DNA of 64,000 nucleotides, from NCBI RefSeq assembly GCF_964355755.1, contig NC_092670.1, positions 30,988,388 through 31,052,387 of the forward strand, given 5' to 3'. The translations under genes and the position numbers were made by a program. Within the stretch, counting starts at the first letter, position 1. Each line of letters begins with the position of its first letter. This DNA comes from Antedon mediterranea. Lineage: Eukaryota; Animalia; Echinodermata. Below are positions 37,501 to 51,400 of this stretch, piece by piece. The notes beneath the pieces are model-generated. The model did no database searches. It was not told the DNA's origin and saw only the letters and a list, made by a program, of their open reading frames with translations.

Positions 37501-40500
37501 AAATACACAATCTTGCAGTCCATATACTCAAAAATCTATATAATTGTAAAGAAATATTATATATCTCTAAAGGACTATCATATCAGTTCTAGCTGCTCTT
37601 GTGATTGTTGGAACAAGTTTTGAAATGGGAAGGAGGTGGTTTAAACAAGAACCTCAACTACCAACAGGAAAACCAAACCCGAAAGCTCAACCTATTACAA
37701 ATCATGCTTACACAAAAGACGACGATTTACCGAAAGAATCGGAAGAAATAATGAAGGCTAAAGATGGGTTTGAGCTTGACAACGACTACAAGCATCGAAG
37801 CAGTGAGACATCTTCTGGTATTGGCACTGATTCAGAAACGCTTTCAGATAACCGACAAGTTGATGACACTACGGCTATACGCATGGAAGTTGTTCAACCT
37901 TCATTACGTCAAAACACGTCATGTGAAAGTATGCCCTTTTAGTTTATTTATTAACATTTTTGTCAAATCCAAACAAATATAAAAGACAAGGATATAACTG
38001 TACAATCCAAAGCGTAAGTCCAGGCTTTGAAAATATATACAATTTGTTGTATTATTTGTTTTAGAGTTCATTACCAAATTCTTGATGTGTTTCTCTGCAA
38101 CAACAAATGGAACAAAAGTTTTAAATGTCAGTAATTCTGGAGGACAGTTAAATTGCTTAAACGGTATCCGAGTCTTAAGTATGTGGTGGGTGATTCTTGG
38201 ACATTCACTTCTCTTTATATTAGGCCACATAGGTAAGTTAAAAAACAGATTGTTTATTTTGTTATAGACCTACCATCATTATTATAATTAATATTTAGGG
38301 TTTTCATTGTTATAATTTAGTTATATATAACATAAATGTCATGACCACATTTTGCTAATGTATGCAAATCAGTAAGTTGCAAATACTCTAAAACATTACA
38401 TTATTTATATTGTGTGTTTGATTGGCAAATTAAATTTATGTTGTGTTGTATGGCCACACTGTAAGCGTGCGTACATGATGATGTCATATCACTACCATGT
38501 TTGGGGTTATCACTACCATATTTGGGCACATCACACCTTTCATCAAACTAGTTTGATAGTATAAACATAACTTAATAAAAGTAAAAATCAAATTTACTCC
38601 AGAATCATCGTCTTATTTTTCAGTACGCCATTAAATGAAATGGAGCGTTTACTAAATTGAACATGTTGTTTTCATATCTAACTTTGGTTTTGTTTTTCAT
38701 TTGTAATTTTAAGTACTTTGTAAGTAAATGAGCAATTTAATTTATCATTTTTAGATGATTATGCGTACATTGACAGAATGATTGGACAATCATTTACCTT
38801 TCAAGCAATTACGAATGCGTCATTTTCTGTTGACTCATTTTTTGTCCTAAGGTAAGTTAGTTTAAAAAACGAAATAAAACCAATCAGTTTTATGTACAAC
38901 ATGGTAGCAATAGCATGATGCACACGTCCGGACTATAATCCGTACTCGTTATGGACACACATTTATGCATTTTACGTCATTCATTAGTATTTATTCAAGC
39001 ATAACGGATTGTTACTAGCGCCATCAGATTTAAATACCCATTCCGCCTGCCAATTAATTACTGACATCTTGTGCGTTTAAAAAATACCGGTAGTTTAACA
39101 AATTGTTTGTTGATTTTGCCATTTCAAAAAGTCACATAATTGTTTATCAAGAATTATTATTTAATGAAGAAAAACAATACATAATATGATTAGCCTGTTT
39201 TCTGTAAGACAGTTAGACGTAATTTATTATCCATTTTTACAATAGAAATCACTGTTCTACTCTTTTTGGTAAAAAATAGTAAAATAATAATTAAAATTGA
39301 TATTTCACATCTTTCAATAATTCGCGGTATGTTGTTTTCTTTTTTCAGTGGTCTTCTTCTTACCTATCACACTTTCAAACATTTGAATAAAACCAACGGT
39401 CGTATGAATTGGGCTTTGTTTTATTTCCATCGATATTGGAGAATAACACCTTTATACATGATTGCGATTGCGATACACGCAAATCTGTTCGTGTACTTTG
39501 GAAAAGGTTTGTCAATGATTGGATTTGCTGAATATATGCACTATGCTTGTGAGAAATACTGGTGGACAAATCTGCTGTACATTAACAACCTTGTACCCTT
39601 TCCAGGAAATCTCGGTGAGCAGGTAAGAATTTCTCATTAAGGCCGGTGCACACCGTACTGAACAATTTTGACGCGACAAACGATGTCAGTGTATAGACGT
39701 TTAGGCGTCAGTTTGTTTTAACTTCAACGCGGTGAATTCGTTTGAGTTGCTTCTTAGGCATCTTGTTGCTTCGATTTGACGCTTGCCGCGTGTCGCGTCG
39801 TGTGTTATATTCAGTGTGCACCGGCCTTTAGCTGTGTCCACACTTACTAGAGTTAAGCTACGTTCACACTGAGCGCGGATTCCGGTCCGGTGGCCAGAGA
39901 AAAAATCGTGGAAATGGGTTTAGTGTTAAAGAATAGAAGCGTTCACACTAACGCACACCGCACGTATTTGATCTGGTGTAAGATTTAAATGTGTCCAGTG
40001 CTTGAAAGTTTCCACTGGACAATTTTCAGCATTGAATAGTGTAATACCAGCTGTTGAAAATGGCTGCAACCACCCGGGCAGCTTTCATCGATAAAAAAGT
40101 AGGACCATCGACATCGACATCATATTAACCCCATAAAAACTAGGGCACTGGACGTTCACCAACTCCCGTTAGGGTAATTATAATTCCTTAGAATACCAAC
40201 TTGAATCGCAAAATATCAAGTCGATTGAAATAAATATTACTATTATTATATCTGGAGACTTAGTCTAATCAAATTAAATTGTTTGTTTTTGATTGAGTAT
40301 TATACAACCTGTTGTCAATTTGAAGTAAATCGACAACTTGAAAAAATATATAGCCTACCGGTACTGTATTATTATTTCTAGGGAATGAATATCACTAAAT
40401 CATATAGGCATAGGGCCTACCTATTTTCGTTCTCTCGAAATATTATTTCATTGGAATTCGAATTACTAAATCGCGAGAGAACGAAATAATTTCCCTCGAA

Positions 40501-43500
40501 ATTATTTCGTTCTCTCGATCATTCCTTGTCTCGAAGTAGTAATTCGTTTTTTATATTGTTCAGTTCTTGAAATCTTATTTTGTTCTCCCTAAATATATTT
40601 GTTCCCTCAAAATATTTTTCAGTTCTCAAAATATTATTTTGTAATATTCATAATACTGTTACTAATTTAATAATATTAACTGATAACAAAAGTGCTTTAA
40701 ACAAGTAACAGAGGTAGTCCCTTTTAAATATTAAAGGTGGTCGCTAACAAGGGTGGTTGCTTACGGTCAGAGTGCTAAGTTTTGAAAGCCGATCACTGAC
40801 TGACAGCAAGTAGAGAAATACATTTGCACATGATTTAGACATTTAGGTTTGTAAAATATATAATATTTTATTAGCTGGCGATATTAACTACATTAGCTGT
40901 GAGGCAATTTTCGTTACTACATTACCTGTTGAGTTGTATATAGAACGAATATAAAAATAGTAGGCCTATAAATTATTTTGAAAATCGTCGTGCAATAATG
41001 TCAAAGGTCAAAAGTGATATTTCCCGCCAAATTTCAAAAATATGTTTCATTAAAGCTTATATAAATATGGATATTCTGAACAAAAATAGACAAAAATAGA
41101 ATCTTTATGACCAAGGGTTACCGAGATATGACCCTCAGTTGAAAACAAGGTCAAAGGTCAAAAGTTGTATTTCTGGCCATTTTGTATGAAAATGTTTTAT
41201 TATAGTACATGGGAAAGTGCATATTCTGAACAATATAAGACCAAAATCAAACCTATATGACCACTGGTTGTCAAGATATAGAGCGAATACAAAAACAGTC
41301 AAAATTATTGTGAAAATCGTCGTGCAATAATGTCAAAGGTCAAAAGTGATATTTCCCGCCAAATTTCAAAAATATGTTTCATTAAAGCTAATATAAATAT
41401 GGATATTCTGAACAATTTATGAAAAAAAAACCCTAATGACCAGGGGTTACCGAGATATGACCCTTATGTAAAAACAAGGTCAAAGGTCAAAAGTGGCACT
41501 TCCGGCCATTTGGAACGAACACTTTTCATTATAGTACATAGAAATGTGCATATTCTAAACAATTTAAGACCAAAATCAGACCTCTATGATCACTCTTTGT
41601 CGAGTACCGTCTATATTTAGGATTTTGATAAATCCAAGATGGCCACCAAAATGGCCCCCAAAAAACCCCATGGGACAATATTTCGTCTTGGGAACATCAA
41701 AAAATGTTAATTATATATATTCAGGATTACAAAAATGTACATTAAAAAAATACATCATGAGGGTGCACGGTAACCCCTCCTTCCTACCCTACTATAAACA
41801 AGTATCGCGAGCGCGCAGATGTTCTCACTTAGCAACAAAAGAAAACAAGAGAGGATCTCTCGGCACCCATGGCTAGCATCAAATGTTTCTTTTTGAACGA
41901 CTAATTACCGTTAATTATTGAATAAATAATATCTCATCTGGAAATACATTAACAATAATTTAACTATCAACTTACCAAGTGGACAGTAGTAGCGTTCTCC
42001 TTACAGCAGAGCATAATATTTAGCAAATAGATATAGCAATACGTTTGTTCATCAAAAGAGAAAAGTAAAATGTGAAATAATATAACATACACAGTAAACA
42101 TACGTAACCAAGTAACCCACGTATAAACTTGCGCGCTTTACATCAGCACATGCGCAAAGGCTATAGTCTTTGTAATAAAGCGCGATTACGTAACTTCAAC
42201 TATGGTTTGATAACTTCTAACTTTCTTATATTTCTTTAAATGTAACATCCACATATGACTATAATATAATTACCAATGAATAACAATTAAAATAATAATA
42301 ACTAACGTATTTATATTTACCGTTATTAGTGCTTGTCATGGAGTTGGTACCTTGCTAATGATATGCAGTTTTTCGCAATCAGTCCTTTGATATTCTTACT
42401 CTTATGGAAGTAAGTATTCAAATAGAATATCTGTCTGACATGATTTTCCCAACTTCTGATACGTGGTATTGTAACTTCTGGATAGTACTCCGTGGCTTTA
42501 GTATTTTGAATATTGGGTCCTAGAGCCTAGTTGTATAAATTAAGTGTTGAATTTTATATCAAATGATACCAGTTATGATTTCCGAAAAATGCTCTTTAAA
42601 TTGCGATAAGTATTATACATACGTGGACGAAAGTATTTTCCTAGTTTTCCTAAGATATATGTATATATATATACATAATACATGTATATACATATATATA
42701 CATATATGTGGGGTTAGATATGTTACAAAGAAACCTTTGTACATGTTAGTTCCGTCGTCACGACATGAACATACTAATATATAACAGAGCTAAATTTTTA
42801 AATTTATATTTAGTAATTTAACTATTTATATATACTATTTACAGGAATTGGAAGGTGGGATTTGCTTCCATATCTAGCTTATGTGTGTTGTCATTTGCTG
42901 CCACTGCTTCTATCACTAAGTATTGGGGTTTACCAGCGGATGGTTCTTGGGACAATGCGTATGTATTTTTAGATCAATATTTAATTTAAAACATAAATTA
43001 CAACAGTTAGGTTATAGAATAACGTAAAATCATTTATGGAAATTTAAAGCACATAGGAGCCTAAACAAGAAGAGAGAAGCAATTCATGTTAAATTGAGAA
43101 TTTACTAATTATGTAATAACCGAAAATTAGAGATACTTATAGCAATGCTAATTGCTATAAAAGGTTAATCTATAAAAAAGGCGTTGGAAAGTTCGGAGAT
43201 GCAAAGCATTATGTGTGTCACGATATCTCATCAAACAGCAGAACTGGAAAACCGTACTTCAGCTGTAAAATTAAAATAAAATTAGTGCCGTTCTGTTTCA
43301 AACCTGCTCTATCTACACTATCAAACTGTATGTCCAAAAAAATTGATGTGACCATAAAAGACACGATGATGTCATATCACTACCAAACTAGTTTTATAGT
43401 GTATACAGAGCTGCTGTCATAATTGGTCATAGCAATTTTTGTTATTTTGTCCAAATTAATATACGGAACAAACTTCTGATTCATAGAACAGAATGAGTCT

Positions 43501-45878
43501 TTAGATAGAAAGCTGTTTTATTTTTTTGTATATGCCGTTTGATTCCTAACCATTCGCCATAATTGTTTAATCGAGGTCCAATTCAACACAAACAATTTTA
43601 TATAATAATTCAGATGAAAACAAGAATTATTGCAAACCCTCATCACTATACACCGAGGCCATAATTCAGTATACATTTTTAATTCCCATAGCAAATACAA
43701 CAATCGAACATATGAGTCGGAGTACCCGGATGGCGACAGAATCTACGGAAAGCCTTACTGTCGGATTCCAGCTTATTTGGTTGGCGTTTCTCTTGGTTAC
43801 ATCTTGTACAAAATTGATAAAAAGAAGCTGAGAATTCCAAAGGTATTTTTTGTTATCCAACACAAATTGTATACAGAATTTCCAAACAAATCAGTGAAGG
43901 AAACTTGTCTTTAGAACAAGGGAAAGTTCATTTATTTGAATAGTATTGAATGAATCAATCGGGCTAGCAGAAACACGTCATTATAACAAAAAAGGAAACG
44001 TATGTAGTGTAGGGCAGTAGTTCATATGGGATGTATACTGCTGTCAGCAGAATCGATACTGTAAGCTGTTTATTGTCGCTGAAAATGATACAAGTGTATC
44101 TGGTAGACGTGTGCGTTATTTCGCAACATTTGAAAACATTTAGGAGCATTTACAAACAAATTCTCTATCCAAGGCATGTCTTTTTTCATTGAAGTTCTTG
44201 TGATGAACCATGAGATTTGTAGAAATTGTGAAAATACTGCACTGCACTGCACCAGTCAATGTTACTTATTCATTCATGTTTTCGTTCAGTACCGTAAATA
44301 ATTGCAAAATAAACGACGAGTCGAGTCTTTTTTTGTTGTTTCAGGTAGCTATTCTTCTAGGCTGGTGCGCAGCCATTGCCACCGGCCTTGCTGTGGTATA
44401 TGGACTGTGGAATTCGCACAAGGGTGAACAGCTTCCACAAGCATCTGCAGTTGTTTACAATACTTTATCACGATTCGCTTGGTCGGTAGCAGTAGCATGG
44501 GTGATCTTTGCATGTGTTACCGGTTATGGAGGTAGGAATATCAATTCATTCGGCATTTTCTAGTATATAATTATTATGCCACCAATATTTTTATTTTTGA
44601 CCTCAATTTTAAATATTCAAAAATGTATCAAAATCAAAATTAACATAATTTACCTAATTAGGCCAAATGTTTAAAAATAACTTTTGGGAGTTTTATTATT
44701 ATTTCCTGACCAGAAATTTATTTTCGTCCAACCAAATCGTAATTCACAACGTCGTTCTGCCACTTAAATTACGCGTTTTGTTTATTACTATGCTGAGAAA
44801 ATAATACTTTCAGCCCTTTTCCGAGCATGGACCTATAAATCTAATTTATAGGTCTATGGTCCGAGTAAGCATAGCAAATCTGTTCTAATATTTCAATAAG
44901 CCTAAGTGTACTGATATATTAGATCAATGTAGTTAAATCTGATTACACTCTTTCATTTTTTATTCTAGGCTTTGTAAATAATTTACTATCGTGGGGTGTT
45001 TGGTCACCACTAGCACGACTTTCATTTGGTGCTTACCTCTTTCATCCTATCGTTATATACGCCGTTATACTTACCTGGAAGACTGAAATGCATTTGACAA
45101 TTCCTAATCTTGTAAGTATAATACTAGTTTAGGTAATAATAAGACTCAAGCTGAAGAACAAAGTATACTTTTGTTTTTATCTTAGAACGTTATGATACAC
45201 AGGTTGTCCTTAAATGCCATTAAACATTTGCATATTGGCTTCAACTAGTTATTGTTTGGAACTTTATAGGAACTACCCACTGATTATTATTTTCAGATTC
45301 ATCTTAATAATATATAGTAGATCTAAACTGAAAAAACCAAATGTTTTACTGTATTTGTAGACGTAAATTATGCACAGTTATGAATCCAAATCAGAGTTCA
45401 GCAATAGGCATTTTCCGTAAAGAAGATTAAAGATTTCATGAACCACACCCTATTCATATCTCCACATTGACAAACACTTTAAAAAAAGCAATTTGTCGTG
45501 GAGGAACCGTTCGAGAATTTTAAATGTTGCCATTTTTCTCGCTACTAACTAATCTTCTCAATATCTCTCCCACTTGGATTTTCGAAAAATAAATACATAT
45601 TGCATACTATACCCTACTGTACATGATATTTGAGTCACAACACGTACGCCAATATCGACAAAGAGCATTTGTGTCAAAAAAGTAAGTGTGCGCATGCTCA
45701 ATCAATGTTACTATGCCCAGTTTTTATTCCTGATTTTGTATTGCTTGTGTTTCAGTCTACTTTCTACATTTCGAACATTGTGCTATCGTACGCAGCAGCC
45801 TTTGTAATGTCCATACTTGTGGAAGGACCATTTGCTAGTATGGAAAAATTGATGTTTGGAAAAGCTAAAAGAGAGTAA
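28583..45878 (+). CDS. nrf-6: Nose resistant to fluoxetine 6-like O-acyltransferase (NRF N-terminal domain + acyltransferase_3), paralog 1, 14 exons, ~780 aa
   Basis: Exons 28583-28904, 29535-29689, 30058-30127, 35072-35174, 37573-37928, 38065-38232, 38755-38851, 39349-39622, 42330-42409, 42845-42958, 43692-43842, 44345-44531, 44969-45111, 45756-45878 (2343 nt, open). Signal-peptide-like start; NRF-domain cysteines (VSEEC, GNYELC, KQC, ICVPASCS); family motifs CLNGIRVLSMWWVILGH, FSVDSFFVLSG, FYFHRYWRITP, WWTNLLYINN, WYLANDMQFF, YGKPYCRIPAYLVG. Symbol is family-level, not an orthology call. Confidence 0.93.
30215..30650 (+). repeat. 20-bp minisatellite (GACAAAATTCATTCTGTGTA-like), ~21 units, left TIR
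   Basis: Direct tandem units with a 20-bp period. Confidence 0.92.
30940..32761 (-). mobile_element. Non-autonomous Helitron family 1, complete copy nested in the IS3EU-like element
   Basis: The minus strand begins A|TCTATATATAAA and ends with the hairpin CTAGATGGTACGC..GCGTACCATCTAG|T. Second copy at 35340-36667. Confidence 0.82.
31314..31635 (+). mobile_element. L2-clade LINE 3' end inserted in the Helitron
   Basis: ELIQPYVPKRSLRS..YGNRSFS..LWNALPIEIRQA..FKSLLKTHLF*, then TGTAAAGCGCATTGAG..(TTA)n tail. Absent from the paralogous Helitron copy. A second short L2-type tail sits at ~31777-31840. Confidence 0.85.
32920..33146 (+). mobile_element. TTAA-target MITE family A, internally deleted
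   Basis: TTAA|AGATGTATTGTCTCCC ... ATCT|TTAA; matches the left part of 53725-54072. Confidence 0.65.
33929..34079 (-). mobile_element. Short DINE-1/HINE-like element
   Basis: AGTCGCGTGC..GATACCGGACCGAC(CGAC/AGAC)n..GTGAACTATAGAGTCGCTTTCACGCGACTAAAAA; same family as 24195-24909. Confidence 0.75.
34397..34870 (-). repeat. Same 20-bp minisatellite, inverted, right TIR
   Basis: Tandem TACACAGAATGAATTTTGTC-like units, the reverse complement of 30215-30650. Confidence 0.92.
35250..37155. mobile_element. TTAA-TSD TIR element (Kolobok-like) hosting Helitron copy 2
   Basis: TTAA|AGGCCAGGTGCGGGCA ... TGCCCGTACCTGAGCT|TTAA; imperfect 16-bp TIRs. Confidence 0.55.
35340..36667 (-). mobile_element. Non-autonomous Helitron family 1, second copy (3' hairpin clipped)
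   Basis: Highly similar direct repeat of 30952-32761 without the L2 insertions; same TCTATATATAAA 5' end. Confidence 0.82.
39640..39827. mobile_element. PIF/Harbinger-type MITE, TTA TSD
   Basis: TTA|AGGCCGGTGCACAC ... GTGTGCACCGGCCT|TTA; perfect 14-bp TIR. Confidence 0.8.
40970..41794. repeat. Two ~332-bp tandem units (GGTCAAAGGTCAAAAGT-rich) ending in an Academ-like terminus
   Basis: GAAAATCGTCGTGCAATAATGTCAAAGGTCAAAAGTG at 40980 and 41312; right end ..CCCCTCCTTCCTACCCTACTA. The matching left TIR was not found. Confidence 0.7.
44826..44858. repeat. 33-bp palindromic mini-element with a near-perfect 7-bp flanking duplication
   Basis: TTCCGAG|CATGGACCTATAAAT-CTA-ATTTATAGGTCTATG|GTCCGAG. Confidence 0.6.
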
Positions 45879-46647
45879 AATCAAGAGAATAATTGATAAA
45901 GTTATCAATTCTATCAAACAAAATATAATAAAGACAAAGCATACTAGGTCAAAAGTGATTATAGAATTCGATTGTGTTTATTTAAATTATAATAAATTAA
46001 GTAAATAATAAAATGTTCATTTCATTCAAATATATAAAATTAAATCAAATTAAATTTAATAATTGAATTAATTTATTAATGGATATAAATAAATAATTAT
46101 AAATATATATTAGGCCCGTAATATTATGAATATGTTTTTGCTATGAATCGTAACTTTGGTAATTTATACATTAAGTGTATTTTCTATGGACTATAGATTC
46201 CAAAATAAGAGATTGAATTAAATTACACTGTTTCTTGGCATATGATTAAACTGAACCAATATAAACATAGATGTCGTCGTTATTTTGTTGGTTTTGCGTT
46301 TTTTTTTCTTTTTTTTTTGTGTTTTTTTTTAAAGTAGGCCTAATTTGTTTGTTCGATTTTTGGAGGAGGGGAGGGGACATAATGGGAGGCAAGATTATGT
46401 TTCCAAGATTAAAAACACGATCATTGTCATATTTTCAATACAATATTGTTTATAAGATTCAATGCACATAGTCAATAAAACAAAGCAATAACAAATGAAA
46501 CATCTCTTCATATTCAAAAAGTTGTCACTGTGTGCATGCAGGGATATTGAGAGGTGTTTCTTCACTCCTTACCTTAATACACTTTTGATGGTTTCTAGAT
46601 CCAAAATACGGCCGTAACTCTTTACTGTTCTGTAGTAATAAAGCACA

Positions 46648-46940
46648 TCTATATATAAATTATGGTTAATTCTGACATAGGCGAGCACAATGCACAAACT
46701 TCGGTACAAATCTCCGCCTTGGATACCTACCTTAACTATCTCATATGTACCGCGAAACGTAGATTTGATAACATTAGTTTTCACATCGACGCTATTGTTC
46801 TATATTTCTATCTTAGGGAGATATTATAAAGAGTTTTTTTAACACAATTTATGATTTCAACAGTAGATTTTCAACTCAATTTTAACTCTTCGCGTGTCAA
46901 AGTAATTTCCGGGTTCACCTTGCAACAACCTGGTTTCAAC
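46648..46940 (+). mobile_element. Helitron family 2, 5' fragment
   Basis: A|TCTATATATAAATTATGGTTAATTCTGACATAGGCGAGCAC..., highly similar to 58424-58740. Confidence 0.75.
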
Positions 46941-47220
46941 TATTTTCTCTCTTTTATACACAAGGGAGCAGTTAAAATAATAGATTTGACCCTAAAGGTG
47001 ACTGGAAACAGACACTTTCCCTCAATCAATACAGTGTCCCTTTGGAAGAATTTATATAATTGTTATTTGTTAGGTTTTAAGAAGAGATTACTTGGGGAGA
47101 AAATCAGGATGAGCGTTTATGACGTTAAATCTAACAGAGTATCTGTTTCTGTCACAATAACTACAGAGGTGACGTAATCAAGTATGCTGCCTTGCACGTA
47201 GAGACAGCATTATTCTACTG

Positions 47221-48166
47221 TAGTCCGGTGGCAGGAGAGGGGGGGGGGGGGGAATCACCACCCGAAAGGGGACAAATTGCCATCCAACTTTTCTAGACCA
47301 GAATTTTCCGTAGATTACGAATATGGAAGGTAATCGATCAGGATATGAAGCGTTTTCGAGATATAAGGGGTCAAAGTTCAAAATTGACCAATTACAACAA
47401 TGTATTATGTATATCAAGCAATATCATCTGTTACACTGAATATAAATGTATATCTTGGGAACAATTTGCTCCTATTTTTAATTCTCTCCGACCTGCAGTT
47501 ACTTAGATATAGCGAATGGAGGTCAAAGGTCAAAATTGCTAAAAATGGGGTTTCCTGTCAATTTTACAACGAAAGTTATGTTAGAGCTAATATAAATATA
47601 TACATTGTGAACAATTTGACACCACAATTATCTCATTACGTCCAGTATTTCCAGAGATATAGCATGTTATAAAAATAATAGCGGCCATTTTGTTTATGCT
47701 AATTATGCAAATTGCTAAATGCTTACATCCGTCCAGTAAAAAAATCTTTATTCTGATGGTATCAAGAATCAAAATCCATAAAAAAAAAAACTATAGAAAA
47801 CATTGCAAGGTTAAACCCCTTGGCTGCCGGACTATAGGTACGTTCTATGATTGGTCAATATTGACATTTGACCCTTAATCACAAAGAGATTTTTTTTTTC
47901 ATAAGGTGATTAAATAGAGACCTATAATCTTGAAAATGTAATAAAATACCAAATTGTGCTTCAATAAATTTGTTATAATACATATACATACTACATTGTT
48001 GTAATTGGTCAATTTTGAACTTTGACCCCTTATATCTCGAAAACGCTTCCTATCCTGAACGATTACCTTCCATATTCGTAATCTACGGAAAATTCTGGTC
48101 TAGTAAAGTTGGATGGCATTTTGTCCCCTTTCGGGTGGTTATACCACCCCTCCTGCCACCGGACTA
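47221..48166. mobile_element. Academ-like non-autonomous TIR element, ~185-bp TIRs, 3-bp TSD
   Basis: CTG|TAGTCCGGTGGCAGGAG ... CTCCTGCCACCGGACTA|CTG; arms 47221-47404 and ~47993-48166. A related terminus (..GGCTGCCGGACTA) is nested at ~47810-47834. Confidence 0.82.
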
Positions 48167-48463
48167 CTGGAATTGCCAGTCTGTCGCGAGAGATAAAGGC
48201 TGCTGGATCCATGACATCATCACCGAAGATACTATTACTATAATTGAATTTGTATTTACTCCACTTCAAGTATAAGTGTTTGATATACATCTTTATATTA
48301 AATAGACGTACCTATTACCACTCATTAATTCATATCAACTTGTCCAATCAGCCGATTTGTTTGCTTGTTAAATCTAATCTACCATTGATACCCACTATGA
48401 CTAAACATCACGTTGGTTAACAAGGATCATAAGGTCGTCGTTTGATATAAAACAGGGGAAATC

Positions 48464-51400
48464 ATGTCTCTAAAGGTAAAAGTATTACATGTAATTCTTA
48501 CATGTATCGTGATCATTCCAATAAATGTAAATGGTATTGAAGAAGCGATATGCTTTGCTGATGTACGCAAAGAAATTAAACAGTTGGAGTTTCGTGACCA
48601 GCCGATATTAGACAGACCAAAACTAGACTTGTTGAAGGAGCTACCACACATATTCAGCCCAAAACACAACAATTCTATTAAGAATGCAAACATTTCTGAA
48701 GAGTGCCGGGAGGACATGTTGGTTTTCTTAGAGGGATTGGAATCTGATGCAGACTACGCTTTAAGGAGTAAGTTAGGTTGTCTAATAAACCGATGTATGT
48801 AATCTCTCATCTCATATCATAGCCTATTTCACCCACTGGTCTATACCAAAGCTAAGCACCACGTAAACAACCAGGCCGTGATTGATGAGAATGCTCCTAG
48901 CTTTAGAGTATGTGTTTTATGTTTGTATCTGTAAAATACAACATTGGAACCACTATTAAGGATTTTGGGACCCATCAAATTGTCCCCTTAATATAGGCCT
49001 ATGGGTAAAGTTTATCTTGAATGGCCGTAGTGTTATTGCCTCCCACACCTTTCGCGGGAAAGTGTCCATTAAAAAGTGTCCTAATAGAGGGGTTCTATCT
49101 ATCAAATACATAGTGCAGTATTTTGTATTAATATGAATTATAATTATTAATAATCATTGCTTCATTATTTCTCTTCTTAGTGTACTATTCCAACGGGCAA
49201 CTGCCGGACATCAAAGCCCTCTACAATTTTTACTTCCGGGATTTTGGTAATTATGAACTCTGCGTTAGAGTACCAGAAGATAGTTTGGATGCCGTTTTCA
49301 AAACAAAGCAATGTGGTCTTGTATTTCTTTTACCAGTTGTAAGTATACTTTTCTTTAAAACAAATTCTGGTACAATAAGGTGATAGTTATGCATGTAAAG
49401 CAAATATCCCTATACATGTAACTTTTCTTTGTGGGTTTAAAAACACATGTGTAAAGAAATAAAAGAAAACGCAAAATAGAAATGAATTAGAAAATAAAAA
49501 TTAAAAAAAGAAGATGGAATTATCAAAACAATTGTCAGATTGCACTTGGGATTATAGAGAGCGACAGATAAAGATTTAAGGACGGTCATCTGACAATTAG
49601 CAGAGCTAGAGCTGCGGCATGGACAGAACGCTCATCATGTTTTAAGACGGCCAATGAAACAATGGAGGATAGCAGGAGAAGATGTAGACCTGCCTGAGCA
49701 AGTACATGACAAAGTGCAGTGTAATTTGTTTGAACACATCGTTTGAAATAAATTCCTTCAATGCATATTGTTAACAGGTTATTTTCTTGTTTCCTCTCTT
49801 TGAATTTGTAAACATCATTTTTGTGTTTTCAAATACTGATCAAACTACTGAGACTAGTTATCAATTTAAGTATATTATTTTCCCTGCTAGGAGATCCGAA
49901 CGTCTTATTGTGTTCCAGTGACTTGCAGCAATGAAGATTTGAAACAAATCACTATACAAAGTAAATATACAGTTTAACAACCAGTTTTATTTTGAAAAAA
50001 TCCTATAGTAGAATTTAGTTTTACAAGCAATAGTTATCTAATTATTACTTGCTAGGCCTATTATATAAGTTACTTCATCTTAGTCATACATTTGCGGCTA
50101 CGTTGCTTTCACAAGGTCACAAACTTGCCGTCTCAAGCAAAAACAAGGTTGGTGGTTGGTATTTAAATCGACTCCAACATAACACGTATCAGTAGAATAT
50201 GCAAAAAAGAAATAGAAAAAGTAACCCACACAAACAATAAAACGTGTTGGTAACCATTGTTGTTGGACCTCGTCCAGTGCATGGCTACTACTAACACATC
50301 AATTCGATTTTTATAAGGTCTTGAAATGTATTACAATTAATACCGTGTTTATTAAATGATGTTAATTTCGTTGTTTTAGTTCTTGTCGATTACCGTATCC
50401 CATGGCCAAAGGAAGGTCGAGAATACAATAACTTTGTCTACCAATGTATTGATGAGGTGCCTTGGGAAGCCGGTGCCATTGTAACGCTGTAAGTTATAAA
50501 GTACATAATTTTTACTTTGATGCATTAACTCATTGTTTAGGAATTAGTATGTTTTCTTGGTTTTTACCTATGTTCCTTGTTTCTTTGGGTTTATTGGTAA
50601 AAAACACTGTCAGCTTAATAATAACCAACTATAAATAACCAGTGCTGTATCTCCACATATAATCTATTTTGTTTGTTTTATCTTTATACTGGGTGAAGTA
50701 CCATATGTCGATTACCGTATCCAGTACCATATGAATATTTTGTAATGCAGCATCTCATTTATATCTGATAATGGTTACTAATTGAGATACATGTGAGACA
50801 CATGTGATGTTGTATTATCAGTTATATGATGATGGACAAAATAGATAGATAGATTGAACAGCAATCTAGACATAGACCTTCAGACAATACATATAACAAT
50901 CTCAGTGCCGTCAGTGAACTCTGCAATAATATTGCAATAATAATGGAAAAACATAAACAATGACCAAATAAATTGTATAACTCATATTTGTATGTTTTTT
51001 TTCGACTTTTGTAGACAAATATTATATTTATTTAAATTGCTTTTTGTTTATATATTATTATATTGCCTTGTTAAAGAATGAGTTTCTGCCAAAAAAAATC
51101 GCCCCTTGGATAAATCAGTAGTATCCAATGAATCATATTTCAAAACTTTCTACTTTTTTATAACAATATGAAAATCAAGTTTTATTATTTAGATGCATAG
51201 TGTCCATCTTTTTGTTACTGGTTATTATTGGCACTACGCTTGAAGTTATTATGGGGCTAACCAGTCAGGAAGATGTAAGACCAGTCGGGCTTAAGTATCA
51301 ACAGACAAAGACAACAACATACGGCTCTACAGACACGAGTTTCGAAAAGAAGATAGAAACTCCACACATTGGTACTATGAGCGCAAATTCCGGTGTTAGT

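Noticed and set aside
49530-49720. Possible RTE-type LINE 3' remnant
   Set aside because: Only a vague resemblance, too decayed to support as a feature.
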